44,133 nt of DNA from a virus (taxonomy: Duplodnaviria; Caudoviricetes), in the IMG/VR virus record IMGVR_UViG_3300011338_000370, positions 1 to 44,133 of that record; one strand, written 5' to 3'. Positions 7,613 to 16,200 of the stretch are shown here, in pieces (position 1 is the first letter of the stretch; every line of letters starts with the position of its first letter). The translations under genes and the position numbers were made by a program. A model generated the notes under the pieces. It was not told the DNA's origin and did not search any database. It was given only the letters and a program-made list of their open reading frames with translations.

Positions 7613-7840
7613 AGCGTCCGAGGGCCGGGGGGAAGTTGGGAGGGACGCGATCGCAGTCTGCCCTCGGACGCTGCCGGATCCCCTCTCTCAAGAATCCGGC
7701 GATCGATCCGCTCGCACACGGATCGAGGCACTGTCATCGGCGGCAGGGCTCGCACCTGCATTCCAGGGCTGTGAACCCCGATCCTGCTACGTTGGACGAC
7801 GCCGATGTAACTCCCGCTGGCCCCGGTCAGAACCAGCGGG
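7613..7840. ncRNA. Candidate structured non-coding element (five consecutive stems)
   Basis: Perfect stems 7613-7625/7660-7672 (13 bp), 7673-7679/7694-7700, 7703-7710/7719-7726, 7735-7742/7800-7807 and 7813-7820/7833-7840, in the only long gene-free interval. Confidence 0.5.
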
Positions 7841-7891
7841 CGAACCTAAACTACGCTACAGAACCAAACAAAGAACGTCTCATCATCCATG

Positions 7892-8212
7892 TCACTCGCG
7901 GGGATCGTCCAACAAGGACCATCCCCAGAGCAACTCGGTCGGGAGCCGACGCAGCCACCACCATCCGGTTTCCCAGACAATGGCTGCTGCTTCGTCGCGC
8001 GCGGGATCGTAGCACAACGCAAGCCCGTCCCAAGTCTTTCCTGGGATCAATCGCATGCCGTTCGAGGAAGCCGCCTCGCTCACGTCGAACAGCTTGCTCA
8101 CAGGCATGTCGAAACCGACGACCTTCGACTCTTGCTTGATGACTGTGTGCCAGTTCCACGCGCGAGCTTCGTCCTCCGTCAGCGTCTCAAGGACCATGTA
8201 GAACGGAGTCAT
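7892..8212 (-). CDS. Hypothetical Trp-rich protein, 106 aa
   Basis: ATG 8212 overlaps the upstream TGA. Confidence 0.65.
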   Translation of the reverse strand: MTPFYMVLETLTEDEARAWNWHTVIKQESKVVGFDMPVSKLFDVSEAASSNGMRLIPGKTWDGLALCYDPARDEAAAIVWETGWWWLRRLPTELLWGWSLLDDPRE

Positions 8213-8622
8213 CGCACGATCTCTTTGTCGGACTTCTGTCGCACGATCTCCCAGATCGTGTGCTTGCGTCCCGCTTTCACTTGCTTGCCAGCGGCTTGGA
8301 CGTAGCCCATGCGGACCAGTTCGCTGCGTCGAGAGCGGACGGATTGCGGCGTCTGCTTCAACGCCGCGTGTAGGTCGTAGTTGCCTTCGTAGTACCACAC
8401 CAACTCTGAGTCTGTGCACGGACCAAGACGGCGCAGCAGTTCAAGAACAGCCTTGCGCTTGCTGGTCATCGCAGTCACTGACGCAGCTGCATCCTGGCTC
8501 GTCGTGCGATCGCGGCTTCGAGCGCGAGCACGCAGCAGCAACTGCGCCATTTCGCTGGCTTCGGTGGGAGTGCATCGTCCGCTCGATGCGATGTCGTCAA
8601 GTCTGGTCAACAGGTCAGTCAC
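8209..8622 (-). CDS. Winged-helix DNA-binding protein
   Basis: AR..D..TS..AA followed by VLELLRRLGPCTDSEL...SVRSRRSELVRMGYV, a common phage wHTH pattern. Confidence 0.75.
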   Translation of the reverse strand: MTDLLTRLDDIASSGRCTPTEASEMAQLLLRARARSRDRTTSQDAAASVTAMTSKRKAVLELLRRLGPCTDSELVWYYEGNYDLHAALKQTPQSVRSRRSELVRMGYVQAAGKQVKAGRKHTIWEIVRQKSDKEIVR

Positions 8623-9004
8623 AGTCTAGGTCTCCTTCAAACGGCAGCATTGGCTGCGCTGGTGTAGCTTCGGCACCGATCATCTCGGTCAGCACTGTCT
8701 CCTTCGACAGCACCCACATCGGCGGGTAGACCGCCAACATCTGCGACCCGTGTCCGCTGGCTTTGCTTTGCAAACGGATCGGCGTCATCTCGAAGGCGAA
8801 CTCCTCTTGGAATCGGTCGCGAAGGAACGCGCCAATGTTGGTCTTCGTTCCATGCGACAACGACTTCCAGTCGCATCCGCACACGATCTCAACGCATGCC
8901 CATGCAGGTAGCCATCCTCGCATGAGCGAGTCGGTCGAGCGCAGGTTGCGCGCGAGCACGTCGAAGTGCGCTTTTACTTCGCGCACGCGGTCGTAGTAGC
9001 TCAT
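8615..9004 (-). CDS. Hypothetical protein, 129 aa
   Basis: Tightly packed in the operon. Confidence 0.7.
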   Translation of the reverse strand: MSYYDRVREVKAHFDVLARNLRSTDSLMRGWLPAWACVEIVCGCDWKSLSHGTKTNIGAFLRDRFQEEFAFEMTPIRLQSKASGHGSQMLAVYPPMWVLSKETVLTEMIGAEATPAQPMLPFEGDLDCD

Positions 9005-9005
9005 G

Positions 9006-9473
9006 CTAGTCCTCCTGCCTGCGACGCAGCAGTTCTTCGAGCGCAGCGATCAGCGTCACCGCGTTTGTCCCCACTTCTCCGGCATGCGCCCATTTCCGGC
9101 AGTGCTTGTAGGTCTCGATCAACATGCGAATCGCGTTGTCGCTCGGGTTCTTCTCGTCCTCTAGCGGCTCCGGCCACACGAAGACCTGATGCCTGTAGTC
9201 GTAGTCTCGCATCGAGATCAAGTGCGCGATCAGCTGTCGACGCACAACATCGGCGCGCGTCACCGTCGGATCAAGGAACGCCATCGGAAGATCGACCAGC
9301 GTTCCCACTTCGTCGTTGCGTCCTTTGCGTGTCCACAACGACCGGACGTAGAGCACGGGGCAGTTGTGAGTATGGCTGTCCCACTTGAACTCGAACATCA
9401 CGCGCGTCACGTCTCGCGTGGCGATGATCTCCGCCATCTCGTGCAGCGTTTTCTCGTTCGGGTCTGCCATCAT
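9006..9473 (-). CDS. Hypothetical protein, 155 aa
   Basis: ATG 9473 overlaps the rusA stop. Confidence 0.65.
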   Translation of the reverse strand: MMADPNEKTLHEMAEIIATRDVTRVMFEFKWDSHTHNCPVLYVRSLWTRKGRNDEVGTLVDLPMAFLDPTVTRADVVRRQLIAHLISMRDYDYRHQVFVWPEPLEDEKNPSDNAIRMLIETYKHCRKWAHAGEVGTNAVTLIAALEELLRRRQED

Positions 9474-9886
9474 CCTTGCTCCCATGCATCGATGAACACG
9501 CCGGGGTCGCTTAGATGTGCAGTGCCGTAGGTGTATTGCTTGTCGACAACGAGCGTCGTGATCTGCGCATCGTCCTTCCACCATCCGGCCGTGGTCAGCG
9601 CATCCATCACAGCTTTCGCAAGGTTGTCGACATCCGGCTTGCCAACAGGCATCGAGCACTTCGGTCGCTTCGGCTTTGCCATCAGGAACAACAGGCGAAG
9701 ATGCACGCCTTCGAGGAAAGGCTTCTTGTGCAAGTGCTTCGCTTTGCTTGCCAACAAGATCGCCTGCTTCCAGCCGTCTGCGGTCTTCGGATTGTAGACG
9801 CGAGCGAACTTCCCGCGCGCTGTAGCTCTCGCGCGAGGCTGTGCCTTCGGATCACCAAGCACGCGCAACTGCTTGGGCGGGATCAT
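9470..9886 (-). CDS. rusA: RusA-family Holliday junction resolvase
   Basis: G.PKAQPR.R, KPDVDNLAKAVMDAL and W.DDAQI catalytic motifs. Start at ATG 9886. Confidence 0.92.
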   Translation of the reverse strand: MIPPKQLRVLGDPKAQPRARATARGKFARVYNPKTADGWKQAILLASKAKHLHKKPFLEGVHLRLLFLMAKPKRPKCSMPVGKPDVDNLAKAVMDALTTAGWWKDDAQITTLVVDKQYTYGTAHLSDPGVFIDAWEQG

Positions 9887-10329
9887 CGCACCTTCCTTGT
9901 GGCTTCCCACTCCGCTTCGGCAACCGCTTGCGGGATGCCATCGGCTCGACGGCAACGGATGTAGTGCTCGCGGTCTGCGTCGACCCACTCGCGCCGCTCG
10001 CCTTCAAGAGCCTGCCGACTGCGCGCGCGATCCATCTCGCCGGGGTGCAGCTTGCGACCTGGGACTCCGACCTTCGACAGGTCTTCGATCGCAGCCTTCA
10101 AGCGAGCGTGATCGCGCAGGCAGTTCACGACCTCGCCCAACGCGATGCGCTTGTCGTTGGACATCGAGAGGATCGACGTGCACACGGAGTCGACCTCGCC
10201 TGCGGAGAACAGCGCGTCGTCGAGATCCTTAGCCAGCTGCTCGCGCAGTTCGCGACGGGTAGGCCACAGGCCGTGGCGAAGAAGCACATCCGCGATGCTC
10301 ACGTTGTGCCTGTCTGCTGACTGGGTCAT
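9883..10329 (-). CDS. Hypothetical helical protein, about 148 aa
   Basis: Start re-called to MTQSAD because a TTGACA (10418-10423) promoter-like site overlaps the longer start. Confidence 0.6.
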   Translation of the reverse strand: MTQSADRHNVSIADVLLRHGLWPTRRELREQLAKDLDDALFSAGEVDSVCTSILSMSNDKRIALGEVVNCLRDHARLKAAIEDLSKVGVPGRKLHPGEMDRARSRQALEGERREWVDADREHYIRCRRADGIPQAVAEAEWEATRKVR

Positions 10330-10432
10330 GGAATACAGGCCAACAGACAGACACGGAACGGCGATCAACCGTTCTACGTTCGATGGTGAAAGAGAAGTAG
10401 CCATTTGGTTCGGTGCTTGTCAAGAGAAAACT

Positions 10433-10681
10433 TCAGCCGCCGAGAGCAGCCGTCGCAGCTTCGATCATCTCAGCCCACTTCTTCCGCGCCGTGTTCTGCT
10501 TGAGCCGAGTGCACATGACACACATGCTGGAACGCGTGTAGCGCAGAACGTTGCGGCACTTCTTGCACGGGGTGCCGTCGTAGTGGGTCAAGCCGCTGGC
10601 CGCAGCGCGGACGCGTGCTTCGGAGGATGCCGCGCGAGCGGCCTGGAGGGCTTCGTAGTTGGTTGGTGTGGGAGTATCCAT
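10433..10681 (-). CDS. Small Zn-finger protein, 82 aa
   Basis: GLTHYDGTPCKKC...RY....CVMC. Confidence 0.75.
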   Translation of the reverse strand: MDTPTPTNYEALQAARAASSEARVRAAASGLTHYDGTPCKKCRNVLRYTRSSMCVMCTRLKQNTARKKWAEMIEAATAALGG

Positions 10682-10749
10682 GCTGCAACTGAACCAGAAC
10701 CACGACGCCTGAGCAAGGACATTCGGCGCAACTTTTCTTCAGAACCCTA

Positions 10750-10777
10750 TTGCAACCGGACGATCAACCTCTACTCT
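10750..10777 (+). promoter_or_regulatory. Probable promoter TTGCAA-16-TACTCT for the recombination operon
   Basis: Lies in the divergent intergenic gap and has the same -10 as the 7321 promoter. Confidence 0.55.
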
Positions 10778-10804
10778 TCCGCTCTCAACCTGAACGACAA
10801 GCAC

Positions 10805-11089
10805 ATGAACGAACTCTACGAAAGCATCTTCCACGCGGTCACCGAAATCGACAACGCGTGCCTTCTGAACGACCAGCACACCGAAGGTCAGAACACGATG
10901 AGCAACCACATCGTGCGCGACCTGCTCATCCAAGCTCGCACGGCGTTGCTCACCGCTTCCGCTCACGCTTGGGCGACGGGCACTGGTGCGCCGACGCACC
11001 GCCGCTACCAGCACCCCATCGAGACCATCGACGCCGCGTCGCCTCGCTGGCAGGAACTGGTCGAGTCCAACGAGACGGAGGCATTCTGA
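10805..11089 (+). CDS. Hypothetical protein, 94 aa (alternative start 10898)
   Basis: Its stop overlaps the exonuclease start (TGATG). Confidence 0.55.
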   Translation: MNELYESIFHAVTEIDNACLLNDQHTEGQNTMSNHIVRDLLIQARTALLTASAHAWATGTGAPTHRRYQHPIETIDAASPRWQELVESNETEAF

Positions 11090-11868
11090 TGACCGAGATC
11101 AAACTCGCAGCCGTCTCCTCGGAGAGCGGCCACTGGTATACGCAAGCCGGACAGCAGGTCGAGCTTGTCGAAGGATCGAAAGGACAGCCAGTCAAGCCGG
11201 ACCTGCGCCACGCGCGCAAGCTCCAGTTGGCTCCTGGCATCACGACCATCCTCAAGGTCGCACATCGCGAGCAGCTTGTGCAGTATCGCGAACGGCAGGC
11301 AGCGTGGGCTGCACTCACGCTGCCTCGCCTCGCCAACGAGACCGACGACGACTTCGTTGCTCGCATCCTGCGAGACGGCGGCGTCGCTGCGAAGCAGGCA
11401 GCCGACCAAGGAAGCAACATCCACGGCCGCATCGAGAAGGGTCTGCCCGATCCCTACTCGACCGACGAAATCGTGCTCGCAGTCCGTGGCCTGCTGCCTC
11501 TGACCGATACGCCATGGCAACTGGAGCAGGCTGTGACCAACTCGCGCTACGGATACGGCACCAAGGCCGACATCCACAACCGGCAGGCCAACGTCGTGCT
11601 CGACTTCAAGACCAAGGATGGTCCTGTCGGAGACCAGAAGATGTGGCCCGAGCACTTCATGCAGCTGGCTGCAACTCGCGAGGCTCTCGGCATGCCTACC
11701 GCCAAGGTCGGCATCGTCTTCGTCTCGCGCACGCAATGCGAAGCAGCGATCTGCTGGGCTGGCGAGGACCAGACGCAGAGCGCGTGGCGCGTCTTCCTGG
11801 CCCGCCTCAACCTGTGGCAGGTCACCAACAACTACATCCCCGCGTGGGCTAACCCCGTCTACTCCTGA
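11089..11868 (+). CDS. PD-(D/E)xK-family exonuclease, 259 aa
   Basis: HWY..., P.ITTIL, AA..GS.IH..IE, YG...D, VVLDFKT and QLAA motifs. Adjacent to ERF. Confidence 0.85.
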   Translation: MTEIKLAAVSSESGHWYTQAGQQVELVEGSKGQPVKPDLRHARKLQLAPGITTILKVAHREQLVQYRERQAAWAALTLPRLANETDDDFVARILRDGGVAAKQAADQGSNIHGRIEKGLPDPYSTDEIVLAVRGLLPLTDTPWQLEQAVTNSRYGYGTKADIHNRQANVVLDFKTKDGPVGDQKMWPEHFMQLAATREALGMPTAKVGIVFVSRTQCEAAICWAGEDQTQSAWRVFLARLNLWQVTNNYIPAWANPVYS

Positions 11869-11870
11869 TC

Positions 11871-12494
11871 ATGCAGAACCTTTTGACAGCCTTGTGCTCG
11901 GCGTCTGCCGAGATCTCGAACCCCAAGAAGGACAGCAAGAACCCGCACTTCCGCAACGAGTATGCATCGCTAGAGTCAGTGCTCGATGCGGTGATGGGGC
12001 CGTTGCAGCGGCACGGGCTCGTGCTCACGCAGGTGCTCAACACCGTCGATGGTGACATCGAACTGACGACCACGCTGTGGCACGCGAAGAGCGGCGAACA
12101 CTTGGCGTCCGCCATCCGGCTGTCGCCGCAGAAGCGCGACCCGCAGGGCTACGCTGGTGCGTGCACCTACTACCGGCGTCTGTCGATCAAGAGCATGCTT
12201 GGCCTCGCCGAGGTCGACGACGACGGCAACGAGGCATCGCAGCCGCAACAAGCACGTCCTGCTGCAAAGGCTGCTGCACCGAAGGCTGCGCCCGCTGCGG
12301 TGCAGATGGTGCAGAAGCACGTTGGGGGCGAGCAGGTCGACAACGGCATGGAGATCTGCGCTCTCATGGAAGAGTGCAACAGCCTCGACTACCTCGCCGA
12401 GTTGGCCGAGCGTGCGAAGAAGTTGCCGCAGGAAGAGCGCGCGGAATGTCGCGAGGTCTACCTGCGGCGTCGCGAGGCACTCACTTCTTCTTGA
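11871..12494 (+). CDS. erf: ERF-family single-strand annealing protein
   Basis: KDSKNPHF...YASL, LWHAKSGE, PQ..AGACTYYRR.S....LGLA..DDDGN. Confidence 0.92.
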   Translation: MQNLLTALCSASAEISNPKKDSKNPHFRNEYASLESVLDAVMGPLQRHGLVLTQVLNTVDGDIELTTTLWHAKSGEHLASAIRLSPQKRDPQGYAGACTYYRRLSIKSMLGLAEVDDDGNEASQPQQARPAAKAAAPKAAPAAVQMVQKHVGGEQVDNGMEICALMEECNSLDYLAELAERAKKLPQEERAECREVYLRRREALTSS

Positions 12495-12645
12495 CGGACC
12501 GCTTGGCCTTGTCGTCCGTGTGCGACTTGTCCTTGTCGACATACTCGCGCGCGACCTTCTGAGAGATGCCAGTCTTCTTGGCGATCCCGAGGTTGTGCGC
12601 GGCGGCCTGCATCAGACGACGTTGTGCTTCAGACTTGGCTGGCAT
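12481..12645 (-). CDS. Small basic phage protein, 54 aa (MPAKSEAQRRLM.AAAHN family)
   Basis: Recognisable MP..S..Q.R.M.AAAHN...A...GI...VA.E motif. Last gene of the late operon. Confidence 0.7.
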   Translation of the reverse strand: MPAKSEAQRRLMQAAAHNLGIAKKTGISQKVAREYVDKDKSHTDDKAKRSVKKK

Positions 12646-12964
12646 TGTTCGGATCTCGATCAACGGGGTTTGGTTGTGCCGGTGCTTCCGACGGAACTGC
12701 AACCTTCTTCGGCCAGAACATCCGAAGCAATGGGCTGACCAGCGGCTTTGCTAGCAGCAGAATGCGAGCAGCCGCAGGCAGTCCAAACAGCGTCAGCACG
12801 GTTACCACGATGTCGAGCGGATCGCTTCCGCCGATGGTCGGGAATCCGGTGTCGCCAGCTGGTGGCGTCCCACCTTGAGCGGGAACGGAAGCTGCCGCCC
12901 AGTCGTCCATGAACTTGCAGGATGACAGTGCGAGCAGGGAAAGCCACACGGTTAGTCGTCTCAT
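12629..12964 (-). CDS. Lipoprotein with a second hydrophobic segment (spanin-like candidate)
   Basis: Lipobox LALSS|C at residue 16, a Pro/Gly linker, then IVVTVLTLFGLPAAARILLLA. Confidence 0.6.
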   Translation of the reverse strand: MRRLTVWLSLLALSSCKFMDDWAAASVPAQGGTPPAGDTGFPTIGGSDPLDIVVTVLTLFGLPAAARILLLAKPLVSPLLRMFWPKKVAVPSEAPAQPNPVDRDPNNASQV

Positions 12965-13278
12965 CGTCGCTCCATCTGGGTTTCAACTCGGGTCATGCGT
13001 TGCAGTAGGTCTGCTCGCATCGTCTCAATGCTACTACGCAGAGCCCGTAGTTCCTCGATCACCGCATTCGCGCTGCGTCGGTCAGTCTCCAGCTGCATAG
13101 CCAGTGCGCTCACCTTCGCGTCGAGGCTCGTCAACTCCTGGCTAGTCTTCCACGCCCACCCTATGCCAGGGATGACGACGACCGAACACACGATGCTGAT
13201 AATCTTCAACGCGTTGTCTATCCGCGAGTTCATGCGAACAACGTAGGCCGGATCTGCCCCCTTCGCGACGGTATCCAT
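12961..13278 (-). CDS. Single-TM coiled-coil protein (holin or inner-spanin-like), 105 aa
   Basis: TM IISIVCSVVVIPGIGWAW followed by a heptad-rich helix. TAATG overlap with the giant gene. Confidence 0.6.
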   Translation of the reverse strand: MDTVAKGADPAYVVRMNSRIDNALKIISIVCSVVVIPGIGWAWKTSQELTSLDAKVSALAMQLETDRRSANAVIEELRALRSSIETMRADLLQRMTRVETQMERR

Positions 13279-16200
13279 TAGCGTCCTCCCCACGATCCGC
13301 CGAACACCATCGCTCGCACGGCATCTGTTGCGTTGACCGGCGAGCGACCGGCGTTCCAGTCGATGAGTTGCTCGGCAGGCTTTGCCAACCACAGCGTCGG
13401 CAAGCCAGTGAACATGGAGAAAAGCCACGACCACTCCTTCGCGTCTTTGCCTCGAACATCCCGGCCTTCGTAGAAGATCTCGAAGAGATCGTTCGCTCCC
13501 TTTGCGCTCTTCTCGATTGCCGTCAAAGCTGGGACGTTCAACAGACGATCGTTGTAGGGCTTGTCGTCGAACGCGTTCGCCAGGGTCGACGCGACAGGCC
13601 CAACAACTGGGACCATCGCGCCAGCACCGCGCAGTTGCGAGTTGACGAACACCTCGAACCACACGTCGTCGATGCCGTCACCGTCTTCGTCGTCCTCCCA
13701 GTCGCCGGTTGCAGCTTTGCTGATCGCATCGCCGAGAACCATCGGCAGCAAGAAGCCCATGATGTAGACGTGCAGCATGCGGATGCTTCCAGACTTCCAT
13801 CCGATGTCGCGTTTGATCGCTTTCAGAAGGCTTGCGTTGCCATGCATCAGAGTTAGGAAGTAGGACTGGAACTGGAACACCAGCTTCCACCACTCGCCTG
13901 CGTTGTGCATCGCGCTGATCGACTCTGGGTTCAGCGATCCCTGCGTCTTTCGCACGATGCCGTCCGCGTGCGCGACAGCATCCGCCACCTTCTCGTGCTG
14001 CTGCATCGTGGTGTCCGCGCGCAGCTGATCCATGCGATGGTTGAACGCAGCCGTCCATGCGATCGAGTCGACCTGATTCTGGAACAGCGACTGCAACCAG
14101 TAAGCCTGCTTCTCGACCTTCTCGCGAAACTTCTCGAACATGTTCGGGTCGTTCAGCATCTCGTCGAGGTTGCCAGCCAACTCCATCAGCTTGTTGCGGC
14201 GACGCTCGAACATGAACTTCGACAAGGCTTCTTGGTTCTTCGCCATTTCGCCTGCCGCACCGCTCCACCACATCGCGAACGCGCGCGCCCAATACTTGAC
14301 GGGCACTCGCGTCATCGTCACGGCGTGGCCGGTCACCTGCTGCAACGCGTTCGCAAGGTGGCTGAACATCTGGTTGATGCCAGTGCGGCGGCGCAGCCAA
14401 CGCGCGATCCATCCAGTCGACGTCGCATCTACGCCCATCGACTGTGTCTGTTGCGACACGCGGTTCAGGTAAGGCGTGATCATCGACGTGAGAATCGTTG
14501 GGTCGAATGATTCGAGTGCGCTTCCAAGGTTCTTCTGCTTCAAAACCTGGAGCACCTTCTTGATGTGCGGCTGGATGTAGGCAAACTGCAAAGCCTCCGA
14601 CAGGTGAATGCCGGAGAGCCGAACGTCCAGCAGCAACGGACGATACTCGTGCTCGACGCGCGAGATGCCGAACCCGCGCGGCGTCTGCACATGCATGACG
14701 CGAGCTTCGTTCTCCAACGTCGCTTCGAGGTCGCGCTGCGCAGCTTCAGGACTCTTGGTTGCGTCCTGCTTTGCAGGCCAGTAGCCACCCTTCCACTCGC
14801 CGAAGCGATTGCTGATCCCTTCAAGGTTGACCTGCTTGAATGGGATACCGAACACTGCACGCCACGCTCGCTGCGTGTAGGGAAGGATCTCGGCGTTCAA
14901 GTCCCACAACTCCTGCACTGCCGCGAAGTCGGCCTTGGTCAGGATGGGGTTGTCGCCTGCCGTGATGCGATCGATGAACGCGTTCCAGTCGTCGGTGTTC
15001 AACGACTTATCTTCGTTGACGCTACCCCAAGACTTCGACCTGTCGTCCGCTCGACGCATGCCAAGCAGCAGGCGCGTTAGGTTGCTCTGGTTGCCGCTTT
15101 GCAGGACAGCCCCTAGCAACTCAGCCTTGCTCGCGAACTCGTAGCCACCAAGTTCGTGCGCCACGAGAGGCTCCTTCCACCTCTTGATGTTGCCAAACTT
15201 CTTGATGATGGCGTTCGACCGCTCCTTCATGTTGGCGGAGTGCCACCTCCAGTCGTCGATGGCCTTCTGAATCGGGCGGTAGAACAGACGCGTCCAAGGA
15301 CCATCCTTCGGCTTGCCGTTCTCGTCGACACCGTCGATCATCTCGCACCACAACTCGACGATCTTGGTCTTGTTCCAGGTCGTCAGCAGCCTGCGAGACT
15401 TGCGCTCGGTGTCGCTTGTTGCGCGCTTCCACTTGTCCTGCGCTACCTTCCGCGACTGCGTTTGCAACGGTTCAGCCAACTGGTTGGCGACGTCCTGCGC
15501 CTGCATGCGCTGGCCTTCGATCTCCATGCGCTTGGCTTCGAGCGAATACTTCCACAGCGTCTCGATGGTGTCCGAGAGATCCTTGAACTGATCGACAGTC
15601 AGCTCCTTCCACAACGGACCCTGCTCACCACGGCGCGCTGCATCCTGCGAACGCTCGGTGGCGATCTTTGCTGCCTGCGCCACAGCGTTTTCGACTTCGT
15701 CTGCCATCGCAGGGTTGAACGTCCGCACCTCTGCAACGGCAGCCTGCACTGCTTCCGGCGTCATCACGTCGGAGTTCGGGCCAAGCCCGTAGAGCGAAGC
15801 AAGTGCGCGAACCATCAGCACCACTTCGATCATGCGGCGTTCGCCGAGCTTGGTGTCGGCTGCGAAGATCCTGCGCACCAGTTTCTTCGTCCCGCTGATC
15901 GTGTCGTGCAGCTTGTCCGCAAGCACCACCATCGCGTGATGCACTAGCTCGCTGGTCTTGGCGTCCACCGCAGCCTGGATGTTGTTCTTCCGACGTGCAT
16001 CCTCTGCATCTGCGCGTGCTCGCTCGGCGATGCGCGCGTGCTTGCTGGCACTGACGTCTGACACCCTGCGTCCAGCGAGCATCTTCTCGGCAGCCTTGTG
16101 TGCAGCGTGAACGATGGTGCGGATCGGAGTGCGAACTCCACTCGCCTTGCGATTGGCTTCGACGATCTTGTTGTCGAGGTCTCGCTTCTCGTCCAGCATT

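Noticed and set aside
6981-7691. 236-aa extended ORF running through the structured region
   Set aside because: The extension crosses a clear promoter and leader and is low-complexity Arg/Pro/Ala. The gene more plausibly starts at 7277.
7613-7840. tRNA or intrinsic terminator interpretation of the stems
   Set aside because: There is no TΨC/D-loop consensus or cloverleaf, and most stems lack a U-tract. Only the 7613 stem has a short one on the minus strand.
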